In this document: piece after piece, positions 13,231 to 25,393 of the stretch | Layout of the letters: each line of letters opens with the position of its first letter | How positions within the stretch are numbered: the first letter of the stretch is position 1 | Assembly: GCF_000281045.1 (NCBI RefSeq) | Contig: NW_008246154.1 | Span: 19,781 to 83,780, forward strand | DNA from: Saprolegnia diclina VS20 | Lineage: Eukaryota | Length of the DNA: 64,000 nt | Direction of reading: 5' to 3' | Made by a program: the position numbers and the translations under genes | The notes under the pieces: generated by a model | What the model saw: the letters and a program-made list of their open reading frames with translations, nothing else | What the model was told of the DNA's origin: nothing | Database searches by the model: none

Positions 13231-13273
13231 TGGCACCGTACCAGACCAAATGATCTGGTCTGGTACGGTGCCA
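13231..13273. repeat. Perfect 18-bp inverted repeat with 7-nt spacer
   Basis: TGGCACCGTACCAGACCA - AATGATC - TGGTCTGGTACGGTGCCA. Confidence 0.95.
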
Positions 13274-13520
13274 CTACTCGTGCCGTACTCGCATGAAGTT
13301 TCTCGCATCTTGACGGCATCAACCGCCGGTGCGTGAGCTCTCTGGCAGTCGTCCTCGCATCGTTTGACCTTGTGAAGAACACCAAGCGACACCGCGTTGT
13401 CGGTCGCTTCGACAAGAGAGCACCGTGTCAGCGCTCAGGTTGGCCACAACCATGACAACCACCACACTGCAGATTAGTGTTGACCGACACAGTTCTTAGC
13501 GTATTCGTAAGAGGCGCTGC

Positions 13521-15241
13521 TTATGCAAGCGGCGCATCGTCGTCGTACTCGTCGTCATCATCGTCAATCGCAATGACCTCGTGCGCGCCATTCGACACGG
13601 CGAGAGGTAGGAGCGAAATGGTTCGCGGCTGAAATGCCTCGGCCATCGACGACGCCCGCGTCGATGCGCGGGCCGACTGCCGCGTCGGTGCTTTCTTGGG
13701 CGACGACGGGCGCACGCGGCGGCGTGTGTCAAGCACCCCAAACACGTTCTTCGGGCGCGTCTTGTCGCGCACACGCCAGCTTTCGTATGCGAGCGTCGCC
13801 ATTTCGATCACGTCATCGGGCGAAATCGCGAGTTGCTGCGCGAGATGCTGGAACGCGAGCACCGAGTCCATGACGAGCTGGGATCGCTACACCAACGACG
13901 TTCGTCCAGTGTATCGTTGCAGCAGATAGATAGCTACCTCGGCTTCCATGGACGCTGGCGAGAGGCCGCGAAGCGAGAGCTCCGTGTGGAGGTGGATTGT
14001 GATGCAGTTTTGCACAAAAGCTTTCTAGATCGCGTTCGGATATTGGAAATCCGTCGGAAATGTCACCAGATGTGGTCGTACCGTGGGCTCATACGGCGTC
14101 GTGACGGGCACGGCGTGCTGGTTGGTCAGCGTCAGCGTCAAGTCGCACGCAAAAAGCGCGACGGTCAGTAGCTGGGCGCTAAACTCAATGCCCTCGACCG
14201 TAAGAACGCGGCCCCACTGGTTCGCATGCAGCTGCTTGGCTTCAAGCGGCAAATGCGAGTTACCAAAATTGAGCACCAAGACGACGTCGCCAACGTGGAG
14301 CTTGCTCCGGAGGCTCGGCGAGACTGTGCGGAGCGTGCTATGGTGGCCGCAGCAGCCGTGGTGTCCCACCAGCGCTGTAAAGGACGGGGACTTGGTCGAG
14401 TGACACGCCTTGTGCAGCGCGGTGGGGCATTGGTAGCAGTGGAGCGCGTCGGCTTGGGCAAGCCCCTGCTTCTTGCAGACGCTGCATGCGTGGCGCGGAC
14501 ACACAAATAGCGACGGGTCCTGGCCTTTGCTCATGCACCTATCGCACCATCAGGCAGCATAAGACGAGGCATTGATGCAGCGACGAACCGCTGGTGGGCG
14601 TAGACGCCGCAGCCGGAGATCGAGCACTTGAACGAGTCCATGTCGTCGTCGCCGACCATGTCGCACTTGAAGCACATGTGGATGCCCCGGAAACACTCGG
14701 CGCACTTCCAGCTCCGGCGCTGGGCGACGTACGGGCGGTGGACGAGCGACGCGCTCTCGCCAATGCACGCAATGTGGAACGACCGCGTGCATGAGCCCGA
14801 GCATGAGAGAAGCTGACGGCCGCCTTGGCCGCATAGAAAGCAGAGCGGCGTCGAGGCGTCCGTGATCTCGGGCACCTTGGTCTTGGCAGGCGATGGCCGG
14901 GTCTTGCTCGACGGTGCGCTTGACGGCGGCGACATCTCCACAACCCGGCGCCGCTTTTGGTGCGCGACCTTCTTCAATGAGCCATTCACGCGCTCGCATT
15001 CTTCTTCATGGAGCACGATCTCGAACGGCTTGACATGCTCGTCAAACACCCGCCAGCAGATCGGGCAGTGCTTGGCGTCCACGAAGTGCTCATCGACAGC
15101 CGCCGGCCAGGCCTTGAGCGCGCACTGCGTCACGTGGCGGGCGAGGACGAAGGCCGGGTCTACGCGCGGGAAGAGCGCGTGGCAGTACGGGCACGGGACC
15201 GTCTCCATCGCCACCTCCAAAAACACTGGTGGCGTCGTCAT
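13521..15241 (-). CDS. PHD-finger protein with N-terminal CxxC..H..C (UBZ-like) fingers and NSD-like tandem PHD fingers
   Basis: CPYC..HVTQC, CPIC..HEEEC, CFLCGQGGRQLLSCSGSCTRSFHIAC..WKCAEC, CPRHACSVC, CYQCPTALHKAC. Introns near 14539-14588, 14025-14081 and 13887-13937 join three ORF-track fragments in frame. Start uncertain (15208 or 15241). Confidence 0.8.
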
Positions 15242-15823
15242 CCAATTCCGGTTGATGAATTGCATAAAACCATCCAGGTGACACATACAAACAACAAGAT
15301 AATAATATAGCACTCGCCACCCCAATGCGATCTTGGCGGCGAAGCGGCGCCATGGCCTATGCCACTGCGAGCAGCGCGCAGGGATGACGTCTGTACACGA
15401 GCGACGGAGGCTACATGGTCATAGAGTACCATAGCCAAGGCCATGCGCTGCAACATGGGCGCAGTCGCGGCGACGCCACGTTGGCATCAACCCATGTCCG
15501 AGACAGTGGTTGGGTTGCTCGAAGACGACGTTGGGCAGGGCGTGCCGAGCGCGGCTGCGTCACGAGCACCCTTGAGAGGAGGAGCTCGCTTGTCGGTGGC
15601 GTCAACCAAGTGCGCCTTTATCCAGAGGCTACAACGACACTGTTCGGGTTCATGACGTTGTGCTCGACGATACGAGATTGACACGCAGCACGCCTCATCG
15701 GCGTGTCTCTGTCGAGTCTACCGGTAGCATGTGAGCCTACGTGTCGACGACTACAGTGGCACGGCGGTTGAAAGCATAGAATTAGGTGCTTACGAGCAGG
15801 TCATAGGAAGGTAGTGCAATGGA

Positions 15824-16195
15824 TCAGTCGTTGCTCGAGGTATCGCTACTTGAGTCCGACATTGGGTCCTCGTCCTGGTCTAGAGCTCGTGCGCGCTCGT
15901 CGGGCTGGCGAGGCGGTGGTGCGCCACTGCCATTCGGTCGTGTCTGGTAGTGGCACGCAGCGGGGATGCTCTGGCCGCGATGCTGCATCGCGTCATGGTG
16001 CTTTTGCAGCAGCTTCTTGGCGCGCACGATGTCACAGTCGGTCTCTCGGATGGCCATGAGCAGTCCGAGGTTCGTCTTCATGAGCTTCGAGTTGACCGAC
16101 CGCGCGTTGCTCAGGACGGCCGTGAGGGACTCGTCGGCCATCGGTGCTCGAAGCGGCGGCAAGTTCGGATACACAAAGCTATCCGGATACGACAT
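15824..16195 (-). CDS. Hypothetical 123-aa protein with acidic/Ser-rich tail
   Basis: ATG-initiated ORF with coding-like codon usage; no family recognised. Confidence 0.55.
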   Translation of the reverse strand: MSYPDSFVYPNLPPLRAPMADESLTAVLSNARSVNSKLMKTNLGLLMAIRETDCDIVRAKKLLQKHHDAMQHRGQSIPAACHYQTRPNGSGAPPPRQPDERARALDQDEDPMSDSSSDTSSND

Positions 16196-17058
16196 GGCGT
16201 GTATCTCACCCTAATTCACACGACTGTGGACCATGCGGTGTGTGAAAAATGCCTGCAAATCACGTCACACGATCGTGTGGTGGATGGGCGGACGTTGTCG
16301 TCTCGACGACGATCGCGCTATTTTTCAATGGAGATGCAAAGCGCGTGTATAACTATAGCACAAGTCAACGAGGTCCATAAATCTACCAAGTCCTTACTTT
16401 GATCCTCCGCTCGACGTAGAAAGAACCGAACCTTTGTCGACGAACGCCACGCTATGGACACACTGTAGGACCGTGTCGCACTTGGGATGTTCCGGATAAT
16501 CCAGTAGACACGTCCACCATGGTGAGATTTAATAAAACCCGCGGTGAGAAAGACCCAAATAATTCGCCAAGACTCGATAAACCGTTATGATTGGGTATGC
16601 TTACATTTCATGGAGCTATTCTAGCCAATCAAATCATCCTGTATCGGCGCCTGGATCCGCTTCCGTTCCAGTTCACTTCTTGCCTGCATGACGCACCAAC
16701 TAAATGACCTTCCTGTACACCACACCTGCATGCGCTTGACTCCACACACGCGACTACGCACCTCCGACCAGGTTGACAAGGCGACGTGATGTGAAAAACG
16801 TGAAAAACACCGTGTTGCAGCGGTCGTATCCGGATAATCGCGGCAAGAGTGGAATTTTCCACGCGCATTACTCACCGGTGTCGTGATGTTCGTTTTAAAA
16901 TCCGGCCTTGCCGAACGTCGGGTCGTTGCATACAAACATCCAGTATAAATAAAAATTGCCCTAAAAAATACGATCCCAGGGCGCAGATGGCGGGGTTCGA
17001 ATGCGCCATACATTAGGCGGGCGACGTGTATTTCTCATATTTCTTGGTCGCCAGCAGC

Positions 17059-18984
17059 ATGGCCGCGCCGACGCAAGGAGGAGGCCGCCCGCCGTACCAG
17101 TACATGGACTCGACGTCGCATGTGCAGGACGACGACATGGCACATGTGCCCGTGTGGCAGGACAGCAGCGCCGAGCACATGTACGGCGACTACGTCAACC
17201 CCGGCGGGGTGGCCGTCATGGAGTCGACCGAGCACGCGTCCGTGCGCCCGAGCACGATCCTCGACTCGTCGCGCACGTCGACGGCCGCCGCCATGAAGCC
17301 TGACATCAAGGTCGGCGTCAGCGAAGAGGCCAACTCGGAGAAGAAGCACACAGGCCGGAAGCGCGTCTGGCCCGGCTGGCTGCTCCTCTTCCTCGTCTTT
17401 GGTGGCGCGGTCTTTGGCATCTTTTGGTTTGGCCGCAAACTCTACTTCAAGGCCCAAGGCCAGCAAACGCTCTCGCAAAAGATCCTCGACCGCACGCCCG
17501 CGCCGCCGACGCCCGCCAAAAGTACGTGCGCTCCTTGTGTATATGCCACCTCATCATGTTGTGTGTGTTTTCTAGTTTGCGAGCTGCCCAACTTTGTCGG
17601 CGATGGCTTTGGCGGTGTTGTCGCCAAGTACTCGAGCGGTCTCGTCAAGCCGATCGTGATCACGGGCATCAACTGGAGTGGCATGGAGAACGTCGAAGGC
17701 GTCCCGCACGGCCTCGCGTTTGGCCAGTCGACGATGGACGCGATTTCTGCCAAGCTCGTCGACCAAGGCGTCACGGCCGTGCGCCTCCCCCTCAACGTGC
17801 AAATGATCCTGAGCAACGCGGCGCCCAACGTCAAGGACTTTGTCGACCCGGTCGTGAACGCCGAGTTCAACGTCAACACGTACATGGACATGATCAAGAA
17901 GGTGATTGTGGGTCTCGCCAAGCAGCAGATCGCGGTCCTCCTCGACATCCACAAGCTCGACCCGAAGAACCTCAACACGGACGCGTCCGAAGGGCTCTGG
18001 TACAGCGCAACGGTCACGGAAGCGCAGACGATCAAGGCCATCACGATGCTCGCGACGACGCTTTGCAACGCCAACTACTACAACGTGATTGGCATCGACT
18101 TGAAGAACGAACCGCACAAGGGCTGCTGGCCGGCGTCCGCGACCACCGCGGACCCGTCGTGCCCGACCACCAACAACTGGCAGCAAGGCGCGACGCGCCT
18201 CGGGAATGCGATGCTCAAGGCGTGCCCCAAGTGGATGGCCTACGTCGAAGGCACGCTCGAGCAGATCGAGACGGCGTATCCCAACACGAACGGCGGCTCG
18301 AAGCTCTCTTACGGCGACTGGTGGGGCGCGTCGCTCAACAACGTGTCGACCAACCCGGTCGTCCTCAGCCTCAAGAACAAGGTGGTGTACGCGCCGCACT
18401 TTTACTCGCCGAGCGTGTACCCGGCAGCCTACTACTTTGCGGTCCAAGACGGCGACAAGAGCATTTTTACCGAGTTTCCCAACGACGCCGATGGCAACGC
18501 CAAGCTCCAAAGCAACGTCTACGCGGCGCTCGACCGGTCGTTTGGCAAGGCGATGGCGGCCGCCAAGGCGCCAGTGATGTTTGGTGAGTTTGGCGGCATT
18601 TACGGCGTCAACGACAAGTGGCCGAGCAAGAGCTCGACGCGGGCGATCGAGGCGTTCGTCGCGTACTCGCAGGACCGCAACATGTCGGGCGGCTTTGCGT
18701 GGAGTCTCAACTCGGAGTCGTTCTATGAGTACAACCCGAGCAAAGGCGAGTACATGTATGGGCTCTACACTGACAACACGTGGGCCGCGTACAATGAAGA
18801 CTACTCGGCCGCGCTTCGCAAGTTTAAGGGGTCGGGCACCATCTTCTGCGTCAAGGTCGATGCGTCGTCGGTCGTCGACGCTGGCGATACGGACACGAGC
18901 GGCAGTGCGACCAGTGGCGTCGTGACGGTGCCGCCGACAAGCTCCAAGACGCCGACGCCGACGACGGCCAAGACGACGCTATAA
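17059..18984 (+). CDS. Membrane-anchored glycoside hydrolase family 5 (endoglucanase-like)
   Basis: TM segment WLLLFLVFGGAVFGIFWF, then GINWSGME, AVRLPL, LLDIH, IDLKNEPH (acid/base Glu), YAPHFY, GEFGG (nucleophile Glu), and a Thr/Pro tail. Likely in-frame intron near 17522-17575. Confidence 0.92.
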   Translation: MAAPTQGGGRPPYQYMDSTSHVQDDDMAHVPVWQDSSAEHMYGDYVNPGGVAVMESTEHASVRPSTILDSSRTSTAAAMKPDIKVGVSEEANSEKKHTGRKRVWPGWLLLFLVFGGAVFGIFWFGRKLYFKAQGQQTLSQKILDRTPAPPTPAKSTCAPCVYATSSCCVCFLVCELPNFVGDGFGGVVAKYSSGLVKPIVITGINWSGMENVEGVPHGLAFGQSTMDAISAKLVDQGVTAVRLPLNVQMILSNAAPNVKDFVDPVVNAEFNVNTYMDMIKKVIVGLAKQQIAVLLDIHKLDPKNLNTDASEGLWYSATVTEAQTIKAITMLATTLCNANYYNVIGIDLKNEPHKGCWPASATTADPSCPTTNNWQQGATRLGNAMLKACPKWMAYVEGTLEQIETAYPNTNGGSKLSYGDWWGASLNNVSTNPVVLSLKNKVVYAPHFYSPSVYPAAYYFAVQDGDKSIFTEFPNDADGNAKLQSNVYAALDRSFGKAMAAAKAPVMFGEFGGIYGVNDKWPSKSSTRAIEAFVAYSQDRNMSGGFAWSLNSESFYEYNPSKGEYMYGLYTDNTWAAYNEDYSAALRKFKGSGTIFCVKVDASSVVDAGDTDTSGSATSGVVTVPPTSSKTPTPTTAKTTL

Positions 18985-19035
18985 ATGGAACCCTACTTGA
19001 TTTTGATGCAAAGACTTATGGAACGATGGCGGGTC

Positions 19036-19756
19036 TTATGCTACAGTCTTTAGCCGCTTGACGTCGCGCTCGATGGCATCGCACGCCGCCTAGCAAATCG
19101 CATGAGCATGGAAGAGAGAGCGTGGGAGAGATAGAGACCTCGATGTATTGCGTCTTGCGAAGCAGGTCGTCGCGCTTGCGCTCGAGGCCCCAGAGCTTGT
19201 CGGCGTTGAGAAGCTGCTCCTGCTTGCGCTTGACGTTGATGACCTCGGTCGCGGCCTTGCTTTCGTCGAGCTCCATGACGCACTTGTCGTGGACGCCGCT
19301 GAGGACGCCGACGTGGAGCTTCCAGCGGTCCGCGCCATACTTGTTGAGCATCTCGAGGTTGAGAATCCGAGACGTCTCGTACTCGATCGCGACCTTGGCG
19401 TTGGCATTGGCGGTCTGCCACGCCTCGACTTGGGCGTGGAGATCCTGCGACTTCTTGAGGAGCCCCGTCGACGGCGGCACGACGCGGTACTTGTTGGTGT
19501 TGATCGCGTCCAGAGCGACGCCTGCAGCCACGCGCTTCATCTCCTTCGTCTCAAGCTCGAGCGCCGGAAGGTACGCGAGGTACGCGCTCGGGTCGAACGG
19601 TGGCATCGCCGCCATTTGCTGCTGGATCTGCAGGCTCACGAGCTTCTTCATGTCGGCGTCGTCATTCGCCGTCGAGTCAATGTACCCGAGGCAGTCGATG
19701 AGGTGCCGGGTCTCGTTCAGGAGCGGGCAGATCGAGGGCGTCGTCGTGTCGGCCAT
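19036..19756 (-). CDS. BCAS2: Pre-mRNA splicing factor SPF27/BCAS2
   Basis: IDCLGYID, EMKRV, LDAINTNKY, RILNLEMLNKYGADRW, INVKRKQEQL. One intron near 19090-19138. Confidence 0.9.
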
Positions 19757-20711
19757 CTTTCTGTGTGGCGACCAAAGCTTTCGTGCCAACCGGTTACAAC
19801 GCCATAATCCGAATAACCGATCGGTTGATTGCCGGTTCCGGCAATGTGCTGGCAGCGTCGCTTGCCGGAACACAAAAACCTGCATGTGCTCGTCCAAAGG
19901 CGGGAGGGATGGCCGCCGAAAGCCGAACGGTTGAGGTTGCTATCGAAGGTGCATCTCGATCGCAGCTCTCGATCGCATCTGCTTGAAGGTGCGCTTCGTT
20001 GCCTCGCACGTACGAGTAGCTAGTACGGCCGTGCGTACCTGCTTGAAGTGAGCTTCGGAGGTTGGCTCAAGATTGCACCAGAGATCGCACCAACGATAGG
20101 CAGCGAGCTGCCAGCAAGCACGGCTCGAATCATACATCGCATCTGACCCGCTGGATGCAAGCAGTCGATTGATTTGGGTTCGGTGCGGGTCACCGACCAG
20201 CGTCAATGACGCATCCAGTGCATGCGAACCGTGCGGCTGCATCGATCAACCTTACTTCCAACCTTCTGGCGAGTAGCAAAGCGCTTGGAAATGTTGGCTC
20301 TTGGCTTCTTGCCGCCGAGGCCCACCGCTCTTCCTTGCTCTCTCGGACCTCGGCCCATTTTGACGGCGCCAGTCATTCTCCAGAGAGGAGACACCCCTGA
20401 AAAGGGCCAGGTGGACGAGTATCTCGGTCCAGTCCATACCAACGGGACGAGAAATGCAGCGATGTACACAGGAGATGTGTGCATAGGACCAGCGCTACGA
20501 TCGTGTATCTTAGGTGCCACGCTTGGAAGAGCTCTTGGAAGACGAGCAATGAACCAGCGATCTGCAATCTGGTCGATGGAAGGACGCAAAGATTCAGGGT
20601 GCCAGATCAGACAGGACCGCGGTTCGTGAGTAATTCTAGATTTTTGGCCAATCGGAGCGCGCGCGCCTGGCACGATGACGGCCGGCAAACGCTCTTTTCG
20701 GCCGACGCACG

Positions 20712-22265
20712 ATGCTGCCGACCATCGAGATGGTCATCTCGCTGCACATGCACGTGCGCGGCTACCGCGTCCTCGGCAAGACCGCGGTACGTCGTCGGAC
20801 ATCTCTATCTTTGTGCTAAGCAGGCGGCTAGGAATTTGAGATTGCCTGCAAGGCCAAGTGCAGCACGGCGCCGCGGCTCGAGATGACCGCGGTCGAGTGG
20901 AGCGTCTTCAAGACCATCGAGGAGTTCCAGCTCCTCGACACGCGTTTGCGCAACGACGCGATCTATGGCAGTCGCATGCGCGACGTGACCTTTGTGCCAT
21001 TGCACAAGACCAAGGTGTTCTTTGGCCAAGCCATCAAGCCGTCGTTCTTGACAAAGCGCCAAGACGCGCTCGGCAAGTACCTTCGGCAGGTGCTCAGCAT
21101 CGCAGACATTGCCGACTTTCACTCGGCCACAGGCTCCCAAGTGCTCGCGGACTTTTCACTCATCCACGCCCACGTCGTCTTTGCCCACACCGAATCGACG
21201 CACAAAGCGAATCTTCCACTCGACGTCGCCGGCTCCGAGACGTCCAAAGCCGACGACAGCTACGTGGTCGAACCGCATCTCGACAGTCACGATGACTCGG
21301 CGCTCGACGACCCTCCGCCGCCGACGACAACGACATCGACGACCATCTCGGCGAGCCGTGAGTCTGCGTCTTCAGACGACGTGGCCGACGACGAGCTTAC
21401 GCAGGCGCAGCAGGAAGAGCTGCAAGCGCTCATTGTGCAGCGCATCCAGGAACACACGGACGTCGATGTGCTCAAGCAATTTCAAAAGCAAGCACGACGC
21501 TTTGGCCGCGCCGCCGCCGACGCAGCGGACGCCGAGGGCCACGCCTTCTATGCGTTCATGCTGCGCGTCTTTGGCCGCGAATTCTGCGCCTGGCTAGTCC
21601 CAAGCCTCGCCCAACTGCTTGCAGACCCGATCAAGAAGCGTGCGCTCCGCAATGTACTGCAGGCCCATGACGAGACACCGACCGTGGTGGTGGTTGCCGC
21701 GGCGCCCCCACGTCCACGCCCTGCCAGCGAGGCCATTCTCTCGACACCGCCGCCGTTCCCGACGCGGCCACAGCGATCGCGCCCGGCGAGCATGAGTGGG
21801 AAAGAGGTTGTCGCCAAAGTCCGCGATCTTGTCGACGGCGACGAAGAGCGCGTGAGCGAGTTCAAGGCCATGACCAAGGAGCTTCGAACGAGCCGCCTCT
21901 CGGCGTCCGAGTACTCGGACTATGTGGTCTCAGCGTTTGGTCCGCGCCAGTCGCAAGAAGTGCTGGTCGACGTGGCCAATGCAATGACCAACCCGCACGT
22001 TCACGAAGAGCTCACGACTGCAATCGAGGTCGTAGAGCAGCAGTCGGCGCTGTCGTCGCTGCGGGCGACGATGCGCCAGCGCCGCAACAGCCGCCGCATG
22101 AGCCTCGAGCGCAACTCGTCGTTCATTAGCCGCCGCTCAAACTTGAGCAGCGTTGAGGTCGAGGAGGAAGACGGCACCGAGTCGGCGGAAGACGTGCCCT
22201 CGTCGCACCGCGTGCTGAATCGGCTCAAGCACCAAGGCGCGGTCAACTTGATGAACTTCAAGTAG
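20712..22265 (+). CDS. PX-domain protein with two helical PAH-like repeats
   Basis: PX-like WSVFKTIEEFQLLDTRL...FLTKRQDALGKYLRQVL..VLADF. A short first exon and an intron near 20787-20831 are inferred. Confidence 0.75.
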
Positions 22266-22342
22266 TATATAATGCACGACCACCATAGCGGCGTAGGAGA
22301 CAAAAGAATGATGATGTGGATATTGACACAGATGCTTCTTAC

Positions 22343-22693
22343 TTACGGCGCCTTCTTGAACTCGACGACGTTGTACTGACGCACATCAAACGACGTGACG
22401 AGGTCGTTGGCCACGTACGGGTCCTTCTTGGCAAAGTCCTCGACGATCGCCGGCGACTCGGCTTCAAAGATGAACGCCGCGCCATCGACCGGATCGGCAA
22501 ACGCGCCAGCCATGAGCAGCTTGGGCTGGAAGCCCGTGTTGGCGGTCCACTTGCCAATGTGCTCGAGGTGGGCCTTGCGGAACGGGTCGCGCTTGTGCAG
22601 CATACCATCCACATAGGTGTAACGCAGCATCCAGAGCGGTCGCATGGTGGGGACGGTCGAGAGCGCTCGGGCTGCCACGCGATGAACGTTCAT
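22343..22693 (-). CDS. YCII-related protein, likely with an organellar presequence
   Basis: LRYTYVDGMLHKRDPFRKAHL, LLMAGAFADPVDGAAFIF, FAKKDPYVANDLV. Confidence 0.88.
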   Translation of the reverse strand: MNVHRVAARALSTVPTMRPLWMLRYTYVDGMLHKRDPFRKAHLEHIGKWTANTGFQPKLLMAGAFADPVDGAAFIFEAESPAIVEDFAKKDPYVANDLVTSFDVRQYNVVEFKKAP

Positions 22694-23312
22694 GGTTCGA
22701 CCGACGACTTCCTGCGGCTGAAAATGCAAGTCCGCCTGGCCACGTCAGCCCCCACGGCTTCCAATTGGTCCCATCTGCTCCCTATTTTGGCCAATCATAT
22801 CGCTGTTTTCAGCCAGCTTACGTACCGCACTTAGTCGATTTTGCGTACTTGCTCGGACATGTAGGTTGAATCTGATATTTTTTCTCATCCAATACAAAAT
22901 ACAAGATACATGACTCCAAACAAAAAAATCGTGGGACATGCCCTTGAGCTTCAAGGCTGGGTGCACCTCTTCGGCTGTCCCATGTCCGAAGGGGGCGTGC
23001 ACGGCCGTCATTAAATAGATGCGTTTGACGCATACCCCCCATTTTAATTCTATTCACATACAAACATCAGGTCAATGATGTATCATAATAAAAACGCAGC
23101 ATTAAATACACATGCCACGGTGTCGGGTGGGTCTGTCTATTTTGAGGACCCTCATTTAAATCACATTGTCCGACCGGATAGAAATAAAATTCTTGCGGTG
23201 CGCACCTCTAGGGATGGATATGCAATAGAATACCATCCGGATAAGTTGGGTCGCATTTAAAAGCGCCCACGGAATCCGTGGCGTGGATTTGACTTGCTGG
23301 AGGGAGTCGCGC

Positions 23313-23344
23313 GCTCAGTTCTCAGTTGCGAATTTGCACTTTGG
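23313..23344 (+). promoter_or_regulatory. Candidate oomycete INR/FPR-type core promoter upstream of TDH
   Basis: TCAGTTGCGAATTTGC about 20-35 bp upstream of the ATG resembles the initiator-plus-FPR consensus. Confidence 0.35.
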
Positions 23345-23356
23345 AAGTCAACCACC

Positions 23357-24626
<1,270 letters not shown>

Positions 24627-25393
24627 GCAAGTAGAATCACCACATCATCATAGTAATACACACATCACACCTCCGCTTGATCTTTTGTCGAACGCCAGCC
24701 ACTGGATTTTTCGCCGTCGCAGTGCGTGCCAGCGCGGCGCCCGTCATGTCCCCGACAGCTGCAAGCATGTTCCGGTAGAGGTGGCCACCCACAAAGCCAG
24801 GCAACTGCCCATGAAGCCTCGAGAATCGTTCTCCAGGAACCTTGCACAGGTGATCTTGTGGGTGCGAAGGTCTCCGATTTCAGCGCGCTCGACGTGCTTT
24901 GCAGCGCGTGCGACTGGTGCTGTGGTGGCGACAGTCGCCTGGGCGATCTGAGCACGAAGAGGACGCAGCACGCCTTCCTGGCACTGTAGTAGCTGCACGT
25001 TGCTCTTGCGTTGGCTCGTACGCGGCGAACTCTGGTGGGATGGCAGCAGCAAATTATGCTGACGCCTCGCCAGAATGTAGAGCCTATTGACGAGCCCTAG
25101 AGACTATTTTTTCGTACTTGAAGTCTTGAAGTGAACGCGTTGGCATGGAGCGGATCAGTTGTCGCGTCAACTGAGTCCAAGATACATTTGTCATGTCCAG
25201 TACCAGATGCAACCGCACCAGATTTACCAGACGCGCACCAGACGTTGCCACATTTCACATCTGATGCGCACCAGTCGTGAGTGTTCGATAATCGAACATC
25301 CGGATACGGACGACGACGGCAGCTTGTTGTGCGAGATCCCCAAGTGACCGCCCATGAGTACAGGTACACTGCCGACGAGCCCAACTAGATCTT

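Noticed and set aside
14025..14027. In-frame TAG with the frame continuing afterwards (possible readthrough or recoding)
   Set aside because: The TAG is the acceptor of a 57-nt phase-0 intron (GTACGA...CTAG, 14025-14081), so no recoding is needed.
16975..17010. GGTTCGAAT B-box-like word (possible tRNA)
   Set aside because: No T stem or acceptor stem pairing.
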